Positions 20,201-27,235 of a DNA stretch of 33,002 bases are shown one piece after another. The position numbers and the translations under genes were made by a program. Each line of letters begins with the position of its first letter. Within the stretch, counting starts at the first letter, position 1. This DNA comes from Bacillota bacterium (GTDB lineage Bacteria > Bacillota > Clostridia > Christensenellales > DTU072). The notes beneath the pieces are model-generated. The model was not told the origin of the DNA and did no database searches. It was given only the letters and a program-made list of their open reading frames with translations. The stretch spans positions 1 to 33,002 of the forward strand of contig JAWXUT010000003.1 in the NCBI GenBank assembly GCA_044426075.1. Reading direction: 5' to 3'.

Positions 20201-22195
20201 AACGGTATAAGTAGTATCCGTATTGTTAATAGCATAAAAAGTTGAATCTAAATCCAAAATTATATCGGACACATTTACTGTTCCCGTTGAACTTGCAAAA
20301 ACAGCAGCTAGATGTGCATACATACCATTGCAATTATCATTAGCCGCCCTTTGCCTCGTATACAATGCTTTATTTCCTAATGTAACAGAACAATTGCTAA
20401 TTGTTGTTCCCGTACTTGCCACATAGCCACAAACTCCACCAACATATGTTGGGCACACAATGTTACTGCCAGTTGCATTTGCCTCTGCATAAATTTGACC
20501 TTGAATATCTATTGTGCAGTTTTTTATTGTTGTAGCAGTTGCATATCCTGTTATCCCTCCGATACATCTCGTTACAACTATTGTATAAGTAGATCTTTGA
20601 CTGCTCAATGTTCCTGATACAGCAACACTAACATTTTGTATTATTGCATTAGAAGCACCACCTACAACACCACCCATATAAACTACATTATTTTTACCAT
20701 CAGTGCAACAGCCATAGGTATATCCACCGCTATAAATTATTGATAAATTCTCAATAGTTCCTTCGCAATAATCACAGAAAAAACTGTAATATGAAGTTTC
20801 ATTATCTGGTGTCCATGTCACTGCTTCAGTTCCAGTAAATGTAATAGTATAACCATTGCCATCAAAGGTTTGGCCTGATGCTATTGATTTATAATCATCA
20901 TATTTCTCCTCTATACTATCTGAAGATAAATCAATAGTAAGGTCACAAGTTAAATAAGCATTAGTTGTATCAGTCGTGCCACTAGTAAGCCAATCATATA
21001 AATCGATTGCTGATGAAATTGGGGTTCCACTCACCTCATTGTTGTACATAACCGTACCAGACTCAACTGCACCATAAACATCTATTAAATCAACATCATC
21101 ACTTGACAAATCAAGGGAAGATAATTCAGTGGTTTTTTGATTTTCATCAATAACCAAATCAGTGTCTGTATCAGTATTTGCATTTGGCACATATAAACCA
21201 TAGTGCGTTTCAAATGAATCCATATATCTTCCACCAAGAATTATATGGCCGGCTTCCAAAAAGTGCAATCCATCATCTTTATCCTTACTTGTATAAGTTG
21301 AGCCCTTAAGCTCATCTGAACTGATAAAATATGTATTATCATCATTTTCAACTACAGTTTCAATATCACTCATAACGTTGGCATATCCATTAGCATAAGT
21401 TACTGAATAAGTAGCATTAATTTCAAAATATTCTTGTGAAACTTGACCAATAAAAACTGGTAAGGTGTTTGAGCTGTTCCAAGTGCCACCATTTGCTGTA
21501 ACTGTACTTCTCACACCATCAATTAATGCTGTTAATGCAGTGCAATATGTGTCTGAATAACTTGATGTTGCTACATTACAATCGTTTTTCATATCATATT
21601 CGCCTTGATGCCAAAGGAAGCCAACAACTCTGTTATCACCGCTAACATTATCACCTAATGCATATGTAATTTGCGTAATTAATGATTCATATAAAGAACC
21701 ACCCTCTGTATCCCAATAATTATTTTTGTAAAAAAAGCCCGTTCCGCCTTCTGCCACTTTAACTACTAGCACGCTTCTGTTGCTAGCCAAGTAGTTTTCT
21801 GCATATTCTTCAACAAAAGTTTCACCAAAAGAATAATCGTAATTGCCATTTGTTTTAGTTCTGCTATATTCGCCAACAGTATATATGCCATTAGTAGTTT
21901 CATATTCGCCATCAGAAGTGCCCGATACTACTGCATAAACTTTGTTATATGGTGTTAAATATGTATCCTCAGATGCAGGGGAATAATAACCCAGTGCGTT
22001 AGATTGACCAGCTATAATTATAATATCATAACCCTCATCTACAACGGTATCGCCATAAACGCTAGTTGCCGCCTCTGCGGTGTCTACAACTGCATTATTT
22101 CCGCTTATAGCAGTCACAGTTATTAATGACACCAGTATTGCAAGCAATATTAGTATAACTACAAATGTACGCAAATTCCCTTTAGCTAGTCGCAT
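11282..22195 (-). CDS. Giant (3637 aa) cell-surface protein: signal peptide, SASA/SGNH O-acetylesterase, three ~550-aa GLUG-like/beta-helix modules, MBG/Ig-like stalk, helical region, C-terminal TM anchor
   Basis: IIIAGQSNA, VAEGGT, GFLWHQGE and DGLHF esterase blocks; repeated GGIxG motifs; repeated WTYGD..PTxAGTYYVKA and TITYGDxxP units; C-terminus ILFWIILAVVGALLVGLVSFHFSKK; RBS AGAGAGG. Confidence 0.88.
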   Translation of the reverse strand: MRLAKGNLRTFVVILILLAILVSLITVTAISGNNAVVDTAEAATSVYGDTVVDEGYDIIIIAGQSNALGYYSPASEDTYLTPYNKVYAVVSGTSDGEYETTNGIYTVGEYSRTKTNGNYDYSFGETFVEEYAENYLASNRSVLVVKVAEGGTGFFYKNNYWDTEGGSLYESLITQITYALGDNVSGDNRVVGFLWHQGEYDMKNDCNVATSSYSDTYCTALTALIDGVRSTVTANGGTWNSSNTLPVFIGQVSQEYFEINATYSVTYANGYANVMSDIETVVENDDNTYFISSDELKGSTYTSKDKDDGLHFLEAGHIILGGRYMDSFETHYGLYVPNANTDTDTDLVIDENQKTTELSSLDLSSDDVDLIDVYGAVESGTVMYNNEVSGTPISSAIDLYDWLTSGTTDTTNAYLTCDLTIDLSSDSIEEKYDDYKSIASGQTFDGNGYTITFTGTEAVTWTPDNETSYYSFFCDYCEGTIENLSIIYSGGYTYGCCTDGKNNVVYMGGVVGGASNAIIQNVSVAVSGTLSSQRSTYTIVVTRCIGGITGYATATTIKNCTIDIQGQIYAEANATGSNIVCPTYVGGVCGYVASTGTTISNCSVTLGNKALYTRQRAANDNCNGMYAHLAAVFASSTGTVNVSDIILDLDSTFYAINNTDTTYTVGIITTYDGEDANYSDDLIYLSEAPASLPTKTYTSTSTADSTSSNYYNTLSTPSIINLYNYSAPTSISVDSGTGSVTSVSDSLFSSFTISDTNILFAVTQTNENAWCRFNGDNIFESYTGTFSIADIILNSSETIAYEITENTAVVTPSDTDYDKTVYDTLSAEFKISDIINNSYIVARLNTYCTLNVQYSGTNYASQSAVPTTAGTYSVYCEIAYNNITFVSQTYTLEIIEDPAQKTTDLTSLDLSSSASLIDVYGAVESGTVGENHEIDSSWTAISKASELISYLEGGTGSAYLSCNIYIDLADVSYNGTARNVASGCTLEGNGYSIIFYASSDVSISDTISATLTRTSFLIHNVSGTVQNLSFIYDTTSTSPVTYTITNMGASSSQNIQWGGVTAYLSGTIDNVYVYVSDKVTIELASTNNTTGHYAIGGIVGSNADASVGTITNCTVNIEGSLATSENAVNADIGGISGEYATTASNSAVILQSNSLISYADTTSYIGAAFGKATSASPGESSNMILDVSNDFYSCVSTDTNKIGLYASGAYDSGEATPTVLALYLLQAKDDGLDYGVDLDDDVTTTSSIYDLSDYNTPALAMTGDNATDFVAGYNEDEGLFATFTIYLSATNIDYSNILATLTQNDSDWARFSSTYVAGGYTGTYSLADVIYYNDNSSTSTTNLSYTATMQKLAVITDDSDSADDNSDSADITYSYGANASQDISSVTSDTDLIAIIEANATVSVYYSGASAVYESSNTPTRSGTYNVYISIYNGDRLISNVTTYTIAIADSGEDDTQKTTDLEALDLSGDADLIDVYGAVESGTVLDGYYNASGTAISDAESLYEYLNSGTGNAYLTCDLVVDLSTDTNYFSTTAVRKVASGYTLDGNGYTITFSGTVTYTSSTSNNTSFFVQECYGTIKNLTLIYTSTATYKYSNGTNTITFGLLTGYLEGTISNINVSVASGVTITSLRASGNQVRLIGGIAGSSSGGSISNSTVNIQGVLYGSQSANGTLTIAVGGFCGNATGTTISNCAVTLASLALSSIAPTTITCNYGAVIAADTSTSTAQNKVSDLYLDVTNTFFNVSASNAYPVIGLITSGYGYNSASSVSASGATTNTVFSNKLVLTNALDIAESGYSYGDAEYTYQKGNSSDYGLSSTPSDVTTLSGKTVSVTLNDETVGSYSVGDSFTIADSNSSTFSAITEESGSWSRFGDATYYAETYTGNVALIEILNSSASYTKDDIALPTLSYTAVYNGAYSVTALQIEDEVSAAVNYSNSWYIETVFYSNEDRTEEVKSSALIADKTYYVTYSIYDNTNNNFTLIASQNATLAVLKAKVSSPDADSTEFTYDGTAQTYNLATSEFYTINYGEEYSLTQTNAGTYTYTLTLNDSTNYEWAEGAVKTFDFKIAKADYDMTGVSFENGSSVYNGSEQSLSSLTFADGVALNSDITVSYSGSVTNVGSGTITASFETSDANYKAPSSMTATLTITQATNTISDLAITDWTYGDTANAPTATATFGGTITYTYSDMEDGTYSGDVPTDAGTYYVKAVSVADDSAYKNYASATSSAISFTIGQRSATITSTVSAEEIAYYSEAPTYEYTTSNILAADLSDFEISVSCDYEVGSNVDTYTVKISYTANDNYSITTTEVTFKVIQADNEFTEDLAITDWTYGDTVNAPSATATFGGTDTITYYYTSDLDDADWSTTVPTNAGTYYVKAVSVADDSAYKNYASATSSAISFTIGQRSATITSTVSAEEIAYYSEAPTYEYTTSNILAADLSDFEISVSCDYEVGSNVDTYTVKISYTANDNYSITTTEVTFKVIQADNEFTEDLAITDWTYGDTVNAPSATAKFGTDTITYTYSDSENGDYTGTVPTNAGTYYVKASIASTDDYYLVTSSAVLFVISKATVTAPDVSFTETYDGSQVTTDVSADSDGLYTVLQATGLNAGTYTGSVTLEDTANYEWILEDGNSSEALTITLVINQATTTISTTGVATEYTYNGAAQTISGAVANDYFGTIVYTYSTSENGDYTSTAPTDAGTYYVKISVNNSSNYTSDVYKIVKIEVQQAAVSVIINSETITYGDSEPSYTSKVTGLFNSDEITIEYAVSDYEGNVGSYTITATATAGDNYIVSVTDAKLTVSTKRITVTAASATITYGDAAPTASYGYTITSGSLLEADEKLITVEYTCSYEVGSAVGSYNIVPNVTVSSNYNVSIVYGKLTVSAKEITVTADDISISYGNTPTYKSTIVTLVGEDALAITYTVVDSNEVVYAGNVGEYTIAPSATDSNYDITFETGTLTVTKATNSIMFQIGGNSWYYGEEPSEFTVEAMFGEDDVYYVFSTEENGTYTAGMPTKIGTYYAKAVIDETDNYDEITSTSLSFEILAPSTAEPTVIITNWYYGSTANAPTTYVNGEVISATYAYYSDETCEVEVTDIANAKAGTYYVVATFEYNSEEVTATVSFEIYETIYTITFIVDADVFSYTGDLVVYTLLNEMPIVPEVVGKEVGDIKYVFTGWDTDVVIATASVTYTATYTSEDSDVKVARDDVLAQINTISANYTESDYRETEWTAISALFATAKTKVTAMTSLTSIESYDVDALAAKAAAYSTDLQYNIADVVAEINAIADDIVAADYTVASFTALQSAMAADITTLNACATYAELDAFVQTATLYTLVTAASVAESFATTHAYALSLTTETAVYDDKDDIANAIASYNSLDANVAALLVEEIALLNTLSSTLTARTAAIPTANTTVFTTVGKNVTYLPVGYDSTKMTISGNVQSVAGTYTVTVSLIDGCVWTDGSTVDITFTFVLKSAQLNVEENVDDNLLQDEVVITTENGIDPNFSLVVSVITEIETIEELVLLSGYTAVKAFDISLSESGFEVQPDGTITVKILVPEELADLGFEIIHVHDGVSSFVNYEIIDGYAVFETDSLSPFVFVYDTAQTALADATSSILFWIILAVVGALLVGLVSFHFSKK
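14667..15597. repeat. Recent intragenic tandem duplication, 507-bp (169-aa) period
   Basis: 14667-15090 reads identical to 15174-15597 (424 bp); the translated segments are identical. Confidence 0.93.
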
Positions 22196-22309
22196 AAAAA
22201 TTACCTCTCTTTGTTAAACCAAATTTTGATTTTCTTTCTTGTTACTTTTACAAATCGCATCTATTAATATATAAGATGGCCTTATAATTTAAAACACAAT
22301 TATTTAATT

Positions 22310-22338
22310 ATTATATAATTGAATACCTTTATTGTCAA
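22310..22338 (-). promoter_or_regulatory. Consensus sigma-A promoter of the giant surface-protein gene
   Basis: TTGACA-17 bp-TATAAT exact match, about 115 bp upstream of the ATG. Confidence 0.8.
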
Positions 22339-22406
22339 TGCTAATTTCCAAATTGTAATCATATTTACTTTTTTTATTTTCAACGGCGGTTTGAAAGCCG
22401 TATTTT

Positions 22407-22788
22407 ACGCCGTTATCCGTGCCACACATAAACTGTATAATCGTAGAGTTCGAACCCGCAAGCGGGTTGAATGAATAATGAATAATTGTGGATTTTTAAT
22501 TTATAGTTTGTTCAATCGTGGAACAAATGGCAAAACACAATGCATATAGATTGTAGGGTGCGGCAGTCCCCTGCCGCCCGGACCTTATGCCGTCGGCAGA
22601 CTATAATCAATCCTAATTATTGTTTTAATATGGATGCGGGCGTCAGAGGACTAACGCACCCTACGATTTAATGTTCATCTGCGTTGAAATATACTTTTGC
22701 CGTGGCACATTTGTTTAATGCGGATGCGGGCGTCAGAGGACTACCACCCTACGATTGTATGATTCATCCGTGACGCAAACAACGGCGT
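22407..22788. repeat. Composite REP/REPIN-like element with three GTAG-type palindromes and degenerate 40-bp terminal inverted repeats
   Basis: GTAGGGTGCGGCAGTCCCCTGCCGCCCG at 22553 (+); two minus-strand copies at about 22631-22664 and 22722-22752; ends 22407-22446 and 22749-22788 match 28/40 as inverted repeats. Confidence 0.8.
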
Positions 22789-22807
22789 TTTATATAAAAT
22801 AATAAAA

Positions 22808-22920
22808 GCGCTAGCGATTCATTTGCTTATTCTCTTTTAACTATTTCTTTTTACTTCCTAAAATCTTAGTGAAGAGTGAATAGTGAATAATGAATAAGTA
22901 AAATTTTTTATCGCTAACGC
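22808..22920. repeat. Degenerate heptamer-repeat hairpin just downstream of tRNA-Leu
   Basis: AGTGAAG-AGTGAAT-AGTGAAT-AATGAAT run is loosely complementary to the pyrimidine tract at 22820-22857; closed by GCGCTAGCGAT/ATCGCTAACGC. Confidence 0.55.
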
Positions 22921-22932
22921 TCTTAAAAATTT

Positions 22933-23015
22933 TGGTGCGGACGATGGGACTTGAACCCACACGGTGTTACCATACGCCCCTCAAACGTACGCGTCTGCCA
23001 TTCCGCCACGACCGC
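22933..23015 (-). tRNA. tRNA-Leu (anticodon GAG), CCA encoded
   Basis: GCGGTCGTGGCGGAATGGCAGACGCG-TACGT-TTGAGGG-GCGTA-long variable arm-GTGGGTTCAAGTCCCAT-CGTCCGCACCA. Confidence 0.97.
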
Positions 23016-23028
23016 ATATTGCCATAGT

Positions 23029-23057
23029 AGTTTATTACATTTTTATGTTTTTGTCAA
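23029..23057 (-). promoter_or_regulatory. tRNA-Leu promoter
   Basis: TTGACA-17 bp-TAAACT, 13 nt before the mature 5' end. Confidence 0.75.
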
Positions 23058-23067
23058 CAATTTTAAC

Positions 23068-23904
23068 TTACTTTGGAAGTTTTATATTGATAGATTCAGC
23101 GAGTGCAATATACTGCTCAACCGACAACACTTCGCCTCTTATGCGTTCGTCGTGACCGCACTCTTGCAAGATACTTTTGCTGTCTTCTTTGCTAAAATTG
23201 AACGCCATTGAAAGGTTATTTACAAGTGTTTTTCTACGCATTGCAAAACCACATTTTATGGTGCGCCTTAATAGTTTTTCATCTGCAATATTATACTTGT
23301 TTTTGTTCATTTTTATGTGCAACACGGCGCTATCAACTTTGGGCTGCGGGAAGAACAGTTGCCTACCCACTATGCGCGTAACTTTTACATCTGCACGATA
23401 CCTTATTGACACCGTTATTGCGCCATAATCTGATGTGCCCGCATTTGCAGTGATGCGCTCGGCAACCTCTTTTTGCACCATTACGGTTAAGGATTCAACG
23501 GGTAGCGCGCTATCCATAAAACGCATAACCATTGGAGTAGTTATGTAATAGGGTAGATTTGCCACCACCTTAAATTTGCCACCGATTATCTCGGTTAACT
23601 CTTCATCTTTCATTTTTAACACGTCGCGGAAGATAACTTCTACATTTTCTAATCCCGCTAAAGTTTCGGCTAAGATGTTTTGCAAATCGCTATCAACATC
23701 AAAACTTATTACCCTTTTTGCCTTTTGTGCTATTGCCCGCGTTAGCGTGCCCGCACCAGTTCCAATTTCAACCACAGTGTCGTTTTCTGTGATTTCGGCA
23801 TCCCGAACTATGGCTTGTAGGAGACTGTTATCGGTGATAAAGTTTTGACCTAATGCCTTTTTATATCTGAATTCGTGTTTTTGAATTATACTTTTAACTT
23901 CCAT
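23068..23904 (-). CDS. rsmA: 16S rRNA m6,2A1518/1519 dimethyltransferase
   Basis: KKALGQNFI, VVEIGTGAGTLT, VVANLPYYITTP, MVQKEVAER, PKVDSA, FAMRRKTL. Confidence 0.97.
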   Translation of the reverse strand: MEVKSIIQKHEFRYKKALGQNFITDNSLLQAIVRDAEITENDTVVEIGTGAGTLTRAIAQKAKRVISFDVDSDLQNILAETLAGLENVEVIFRDVLKMKDEELTEIIGGKFKVVANLPYYITTPMVMRFMDSALPVESLTVMVQKEVAERITANAGTSDYGAITVSIRYRADVKVTRIVGRQLFFPQPKVDSAVLHIKMNKNKYNIADEKLLRRTIKCGFAMRRKTLVNNLSMAFNFSKEDSKSILQECGHDERIRGEVLSVEQYIALAESINIKLPK

Positions 23905-23914
23905 TTTTATCCTT

Positions 23915-24496
23915 TTAGGCTATGTACTCGCGTACTTTTAATTTTACTCCGATGCTGTCTGCTAGGGCTTGTGCACGCACAATTTCTTCTTTACCAACTA
24001 CATCTACTATTGATAACCTTACATCACCAATATGTTCTTTACAGTCTTTTGCAAACTCTATTAAAGAGGTAAATCCCGCTTCTCCAAATTCGCACTGGCA
24101 TATTTTTTGATACTTTGTTGCGTCACTTGCGTTAAGTGATATGCTTACTGTATCTATCTTGCCTTTTAATCGCTCAGCCACCCCGCTTCCTATTATCAAA
24201 CTGGCTTGACCGTTGCTGTTTAATCGCGTTTTCTTGCCCAACTTATGCACGTATTCGCTTATTTCTATTATGCTTTCTAATCGATATAATGGCTCGCCAT
24301 ATCCGCAAAATACCACCTCTGGCACACCCGCTAAATCGCCCAACTCTGCTATTACTTCTGCCGAGGTTGGCTCCTCTTTTAACCACAAACTGTAATCGCT
24401 GTAACTGTCATTTATTCTAACACAAAATTCGCAATTGTTACTGCATCTGTTTGTTAAATTTATATATATCTTTTCATCTATTTTATATGTTATCAT
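23915..24496 (-). CDS. TatD-associated radical SAM protein
   Basis: YINLTNRCSNNCEFCVR (CxxxCxxC), EVVFCGYGEP, RLNSNG, SISLN; overlaps the tatD stop. Confidence 0.88.
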   Translation of the reverse strand: MITYKIDEKIYINLTNRCSNNCEFCVRINDSYSDYSLWLKEEPTSAEVIAELGDLAGVPEVVFCGYGEPLYRLESIIEISEYVHKLGKKTRLNSNGQASLIIGSGVAERLKGKIDTVSISLNASDATKYQKICQCEFGEAGFTSLIEFAKDCKEHIGDVRLSIVDVVGKEEIVRAQALADSIGVKLKVREYIA

Positions 24497-25253
24497 TTAT
24501 ACCAAATAACTCCTCTGCGTTTGCCGTTGTAAGCCCTTCAATATCTATCTCTGGCATCATCTCTTTCACCCTTTCTGCAACTATATTTACGTACTTTGGA
24601 TAGTTAGTTTTGCCTCTATATGGCACAGGCGTCATATATGGACAATCTGTTTCTAATAATAATCTGTTCTTAGGAATCGCGCGTACAATATCATCCTTTT
24701 TTGCATTTTTAAATGTTATTGCTCCGCCAAATGAATAATAAGAATCATATTTGTTGTACTCTTTTAACATCTCTTCGCTGCCCGCATAGCAATGAATCAC
24801 CATTCCGTGCTGAATATAATGTTTATTTTCTTTAAGGAGCCTTGACATATCTTCATACGCGTCGCGCAAATGTATTGCTACGGGCTTCTTAAGGCTGTGC
24901 GCTAACTCCAATTGCTCGCAAAATACCGCCTTCTGCACATCCCTCTCGCTTAAATCATAATAATAATCTAATCCAATTTCGCCATATGCAACAACCTCTT
25001 TTGCACTTGCCACGCTTGCAAAATAATCATAATCCGCTTGCGTAACATTTTTAGCATCATGAGGATGTATGCCAACCGCACAATATATACCTTTATGCGT
25101 ACAACTTAACTTGTATCCTTGCTCCGATGATTGGCGGTCATACCCCACAGTTATGATACTTTTTAAATTGTCTTTTGCCATATCACTAACTATTGTAGGT
25201 ACTTCATTTATCAAACGTTCATCAGTCAAATGAGCGTGTGTGTCTATTATCAT
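24483..25253 (-). CDS. tatD: TatD family metal-dependent DNase/hydrolase
   Basis: IDTHAHL, GIHPH, GEIGLDY, IHLRDA, IHCY, LLETDCPY. Confidence 0.95.
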   Translation of the reverse strand: MIIDTHAHLTDERLINEVPTIVSDMAKDNLKSIITVGYDRQSSEQGYKLSCTHKGIYCAVGIHPHDAKNVTQADYDYFASVASAKEVVAYGEIGLDYYYDLSERDVQKAVFCEQLELAHSLKKPVAIHLRDAYEDMSRLLKENKHYIQHGMVIHCYAGSEEMLKEYNKYDSYYSFGGAITFKNAKKDDIVRAIPKNRLLLETDCPYMTPVPYRGKTNYPKYVNIVAERVKEMMPEIDIEGLTTANAEELFGINDNI

Positions 25254-27218
25254 TTATGAAATTTCCGCTCCACTTGCCATTACCTTTTCGGGTGCTAGAA
25301 GCACTACGTTGCCTTCTGCATCTTCTGCGCACAACAACATACCTTCACTTACTATGCCACATAACTTTGCTGGTGCCAAGTTTGTTACAACTACTACATT
25401 TTTGTTTATCATTTCAGAAGGATTATACCACTTTGCTATTCCACTTACTATTGTACGAATTTCTGAACCGACTTCTACCTTAAATTGCAACAACTTTTTG
25501 CTCTTTGGAACTGCTATTGCTTCTAAAATTTTACCAACCTTTAACTGCACTTTTGCAAAATCATCATACTGGATTGTTGGCTTTGCTTCTACTACTGGTG
25601 CCACTTTTTCTTCTTTTTTAACTTCTTCTTTTTTAGCTTGTTTTTCTTTGTCTAACATACTCTTCTCCATTGCAACTAACTCTTTATCAATATCGATTCT
25701 ATCAAATATTTTTTCTGATTTGTGAACCTTAATTCCACCTTTTAGGCACCCAAACTTAGTATTTTCACCAAATTCGGTTGGCACTTCTAAACCAAAACAC
25801 TCTAGTATTTTTGCTGGTGTTGTGGTTAGATATGGGGTTAGCATAACGGCTGACAATCTGAGCACTTCTGACAAGTTGTATAGTACAGTTGCAAGCCTAC
25901 CTTTTTTGCTTTCATCTTTTGCAAGTATCCAAGGTGTTGTTTCATCAATATACTTGTTTGCACGTTGCACTAGCTTCATAATATCGTTTAATGCTTCAGG
26001 CACTAAAAGCTCATCCATATTGCGTCTTACGCTCTCAAACAATCCGTTTGCCATATCGATTAACTCGCTGTCTATTGCTTCAACCACATCTGTTTCTGGC
26101 AAAACTCCGCCAAAATATTGTTCAACCATTGCAGTTGTTCTGCTCAATAAGTTGCCCAAATTGTTACATAAATCCACATTTCTTCGTGACAAAAATGCTC
26201 GGTTAGAATATATGCCGTCACTGCCAAATGGAACCTCTCTCAACAAGAAATAACGTACCGCATCAACACTGTATTTTTCTGACAACACAAATGGATCAAT
26301 TACATTGCCTTTTGATTTGCTGATTTTGTCGCTTCCGAGTAGCAACCAACCGTGTCCATATACCTTTTTAGGTAGTGGAAGATCTAATGCCATTAACAAA
26401 GCGGGCCATATTATGCTATGGAAACGCACGATTTCTTTGCCAACCATATGGATTTCTGCAGGCCAGAACTTTTTGAATAAACTGTCATCTTCACTCATGT
26501 AACCCAATGCGGTGATGTAATTTGTAAGTGCATCAATCCACACATAAACCACGTGCTCTGAATCAAATGGCACTGGCACGCCCCACTTGAACGATGTACG
26601 TGTTACGCATAAATCTTGCAATCCCGCACGTAAAAAGTTGTTTAACATCTCATTTTGCCTTGACTTTGGTTGCAAAAATTCGGGGTTTTTTTCTATTAAT
26701 TCAATCAATCTGTCTTGATAAGCGGATAGTTTGAAGAAATAACTTTCTTCTTTTGTGAGCTCCACTTCTCTGCCACAGTCGGGGCACTTGCCGTCAACTA
26801 ATTGTGTCTTTGTCCAAAATGACTCGCAAGGTGTACAATACCAACCCTCATATGCTGATTTGTATATGTCGCCTTTTTCGTATAATTTTGTGAATATCTT
26901 TTTAACCGCTTCTTTATGATAATCATCTGTTGTGCGGATAAATTTATCGTAACTTATGCCCAACACTTTCCATAAATCTACTAGAGTTGACACTTGTTTA
27001 TCCAAATATTCTTTGGTGTCAATGCCCGCTTCTGCAGCTACTTTTTCTATTTTTTGACCGTGCTCATCGGTTCCAGTCAAATAAAATACATCATAGTTAT
27101 CCATTCTTTTGAATTTAGCTAGCGCATCACACACAACAGTTGTGTAACATGTGCCTATGTGCCACTTTCCGCTTGGATAGTAAATTGGTGTTGTTATATA
27201 ATATTTTTGCTTTTCCAT
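25254..27218 (-). CDS. metG: Methionine-tRNA ligase with C-terminal tRNA-binding domain
   Basis: YITTPIYYPS, HIGT, GTDEHGQK, Zn knuckle CTPC..CPDC, YVWIDAL, KISKS, C-terminal NLAPAKLCGIVSEGM. Confidence 0.97.
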   Translation of the reverse strand: MEKQKYYITTPIYYPSGKWHIGTCYTTVVCDALAKFKRMDNYDVFYLTGTDEHGQKIEKVAAEAGIDTKEYLDKQVSTLVDLWKVLGISYDKFIRTTDDYHKEAVKKIFTKLYEKGDIYKSAYEGWYCTPCESFWTKTQLVDGKCPDCGREVELTKEESYFFKLSAYQDRLIELIEKNPEFLQPKSRQNEMLNNFLRAGLQDLCVTRTSFKWGVPVPFDSEHVVYVWIDALTNYITALGYMSEDDSLFKKFWPAEIHMVGKEIVRFHSIIWPALLMALDLPLPKKVYGHGWLLLGSDKISKSKGNVIDPFVLSEKYSVDAVRYFLLREVPFGSDGIYSNRAFLSRRNVDLCNNLGNLLSRTTAMVEQYFGGVLPETDVVEAIDSELIDMANGLFESVRRNMDELLVPEALNDIMKLVQRANKYIDETTPWILAKDESKKGRLATVLYNLSEVLRLSAVMLTPYLTTTPAKILECFGLEVPTEFGENTKFGCLKGGIKVHKSEKIFDRIDIDKELVAMEKSMLDKEKQAKKEEVKKEEKVAPVVEAKPTIQYDDFAKVQLKVGKILEAIAVPKSKKLLQFKVEVGSEIRTIVSGIAKWYNPSEMINKNVVVVTNLAPAKLCGIVSEGMLLCAEDAEGNVVLLAPEKVMASGAEIS

Positions 27219-27235
27219 TTTAACCTCTCGTTTGC

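Noticed and set aside
22553-22752. CRISPR interpretation of the spaced palindromic repeats
   Set aside because: Copies are in mixed orientation, irregularly spaced and recur 9.5 kb away, which fits REPs.
10424-22933. Integrative island at the tRNA-Leu 3' end
   Set aside because: No integrase, and no duplicated tRNA 3' end (att site) was seen at the far side.
22933-23015. U5-U68 mismatch in the tRNA-Leu acceptor stem
   Set aside because: Single acceptor-stem mismatches occur in functional tRNAs; promoter, arms and CCA are intact.
22951-23211. 86-aa and 63-aa plus-strand ORFs
   Set aside because: Antisense to tRNA-Leu and the rsmA 3' end.
25254-27218. MetRS signature variants HIGT and KISKS
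   Set aside because: Within the normal variation of class I synthetase motifs; no evidence of altered function.
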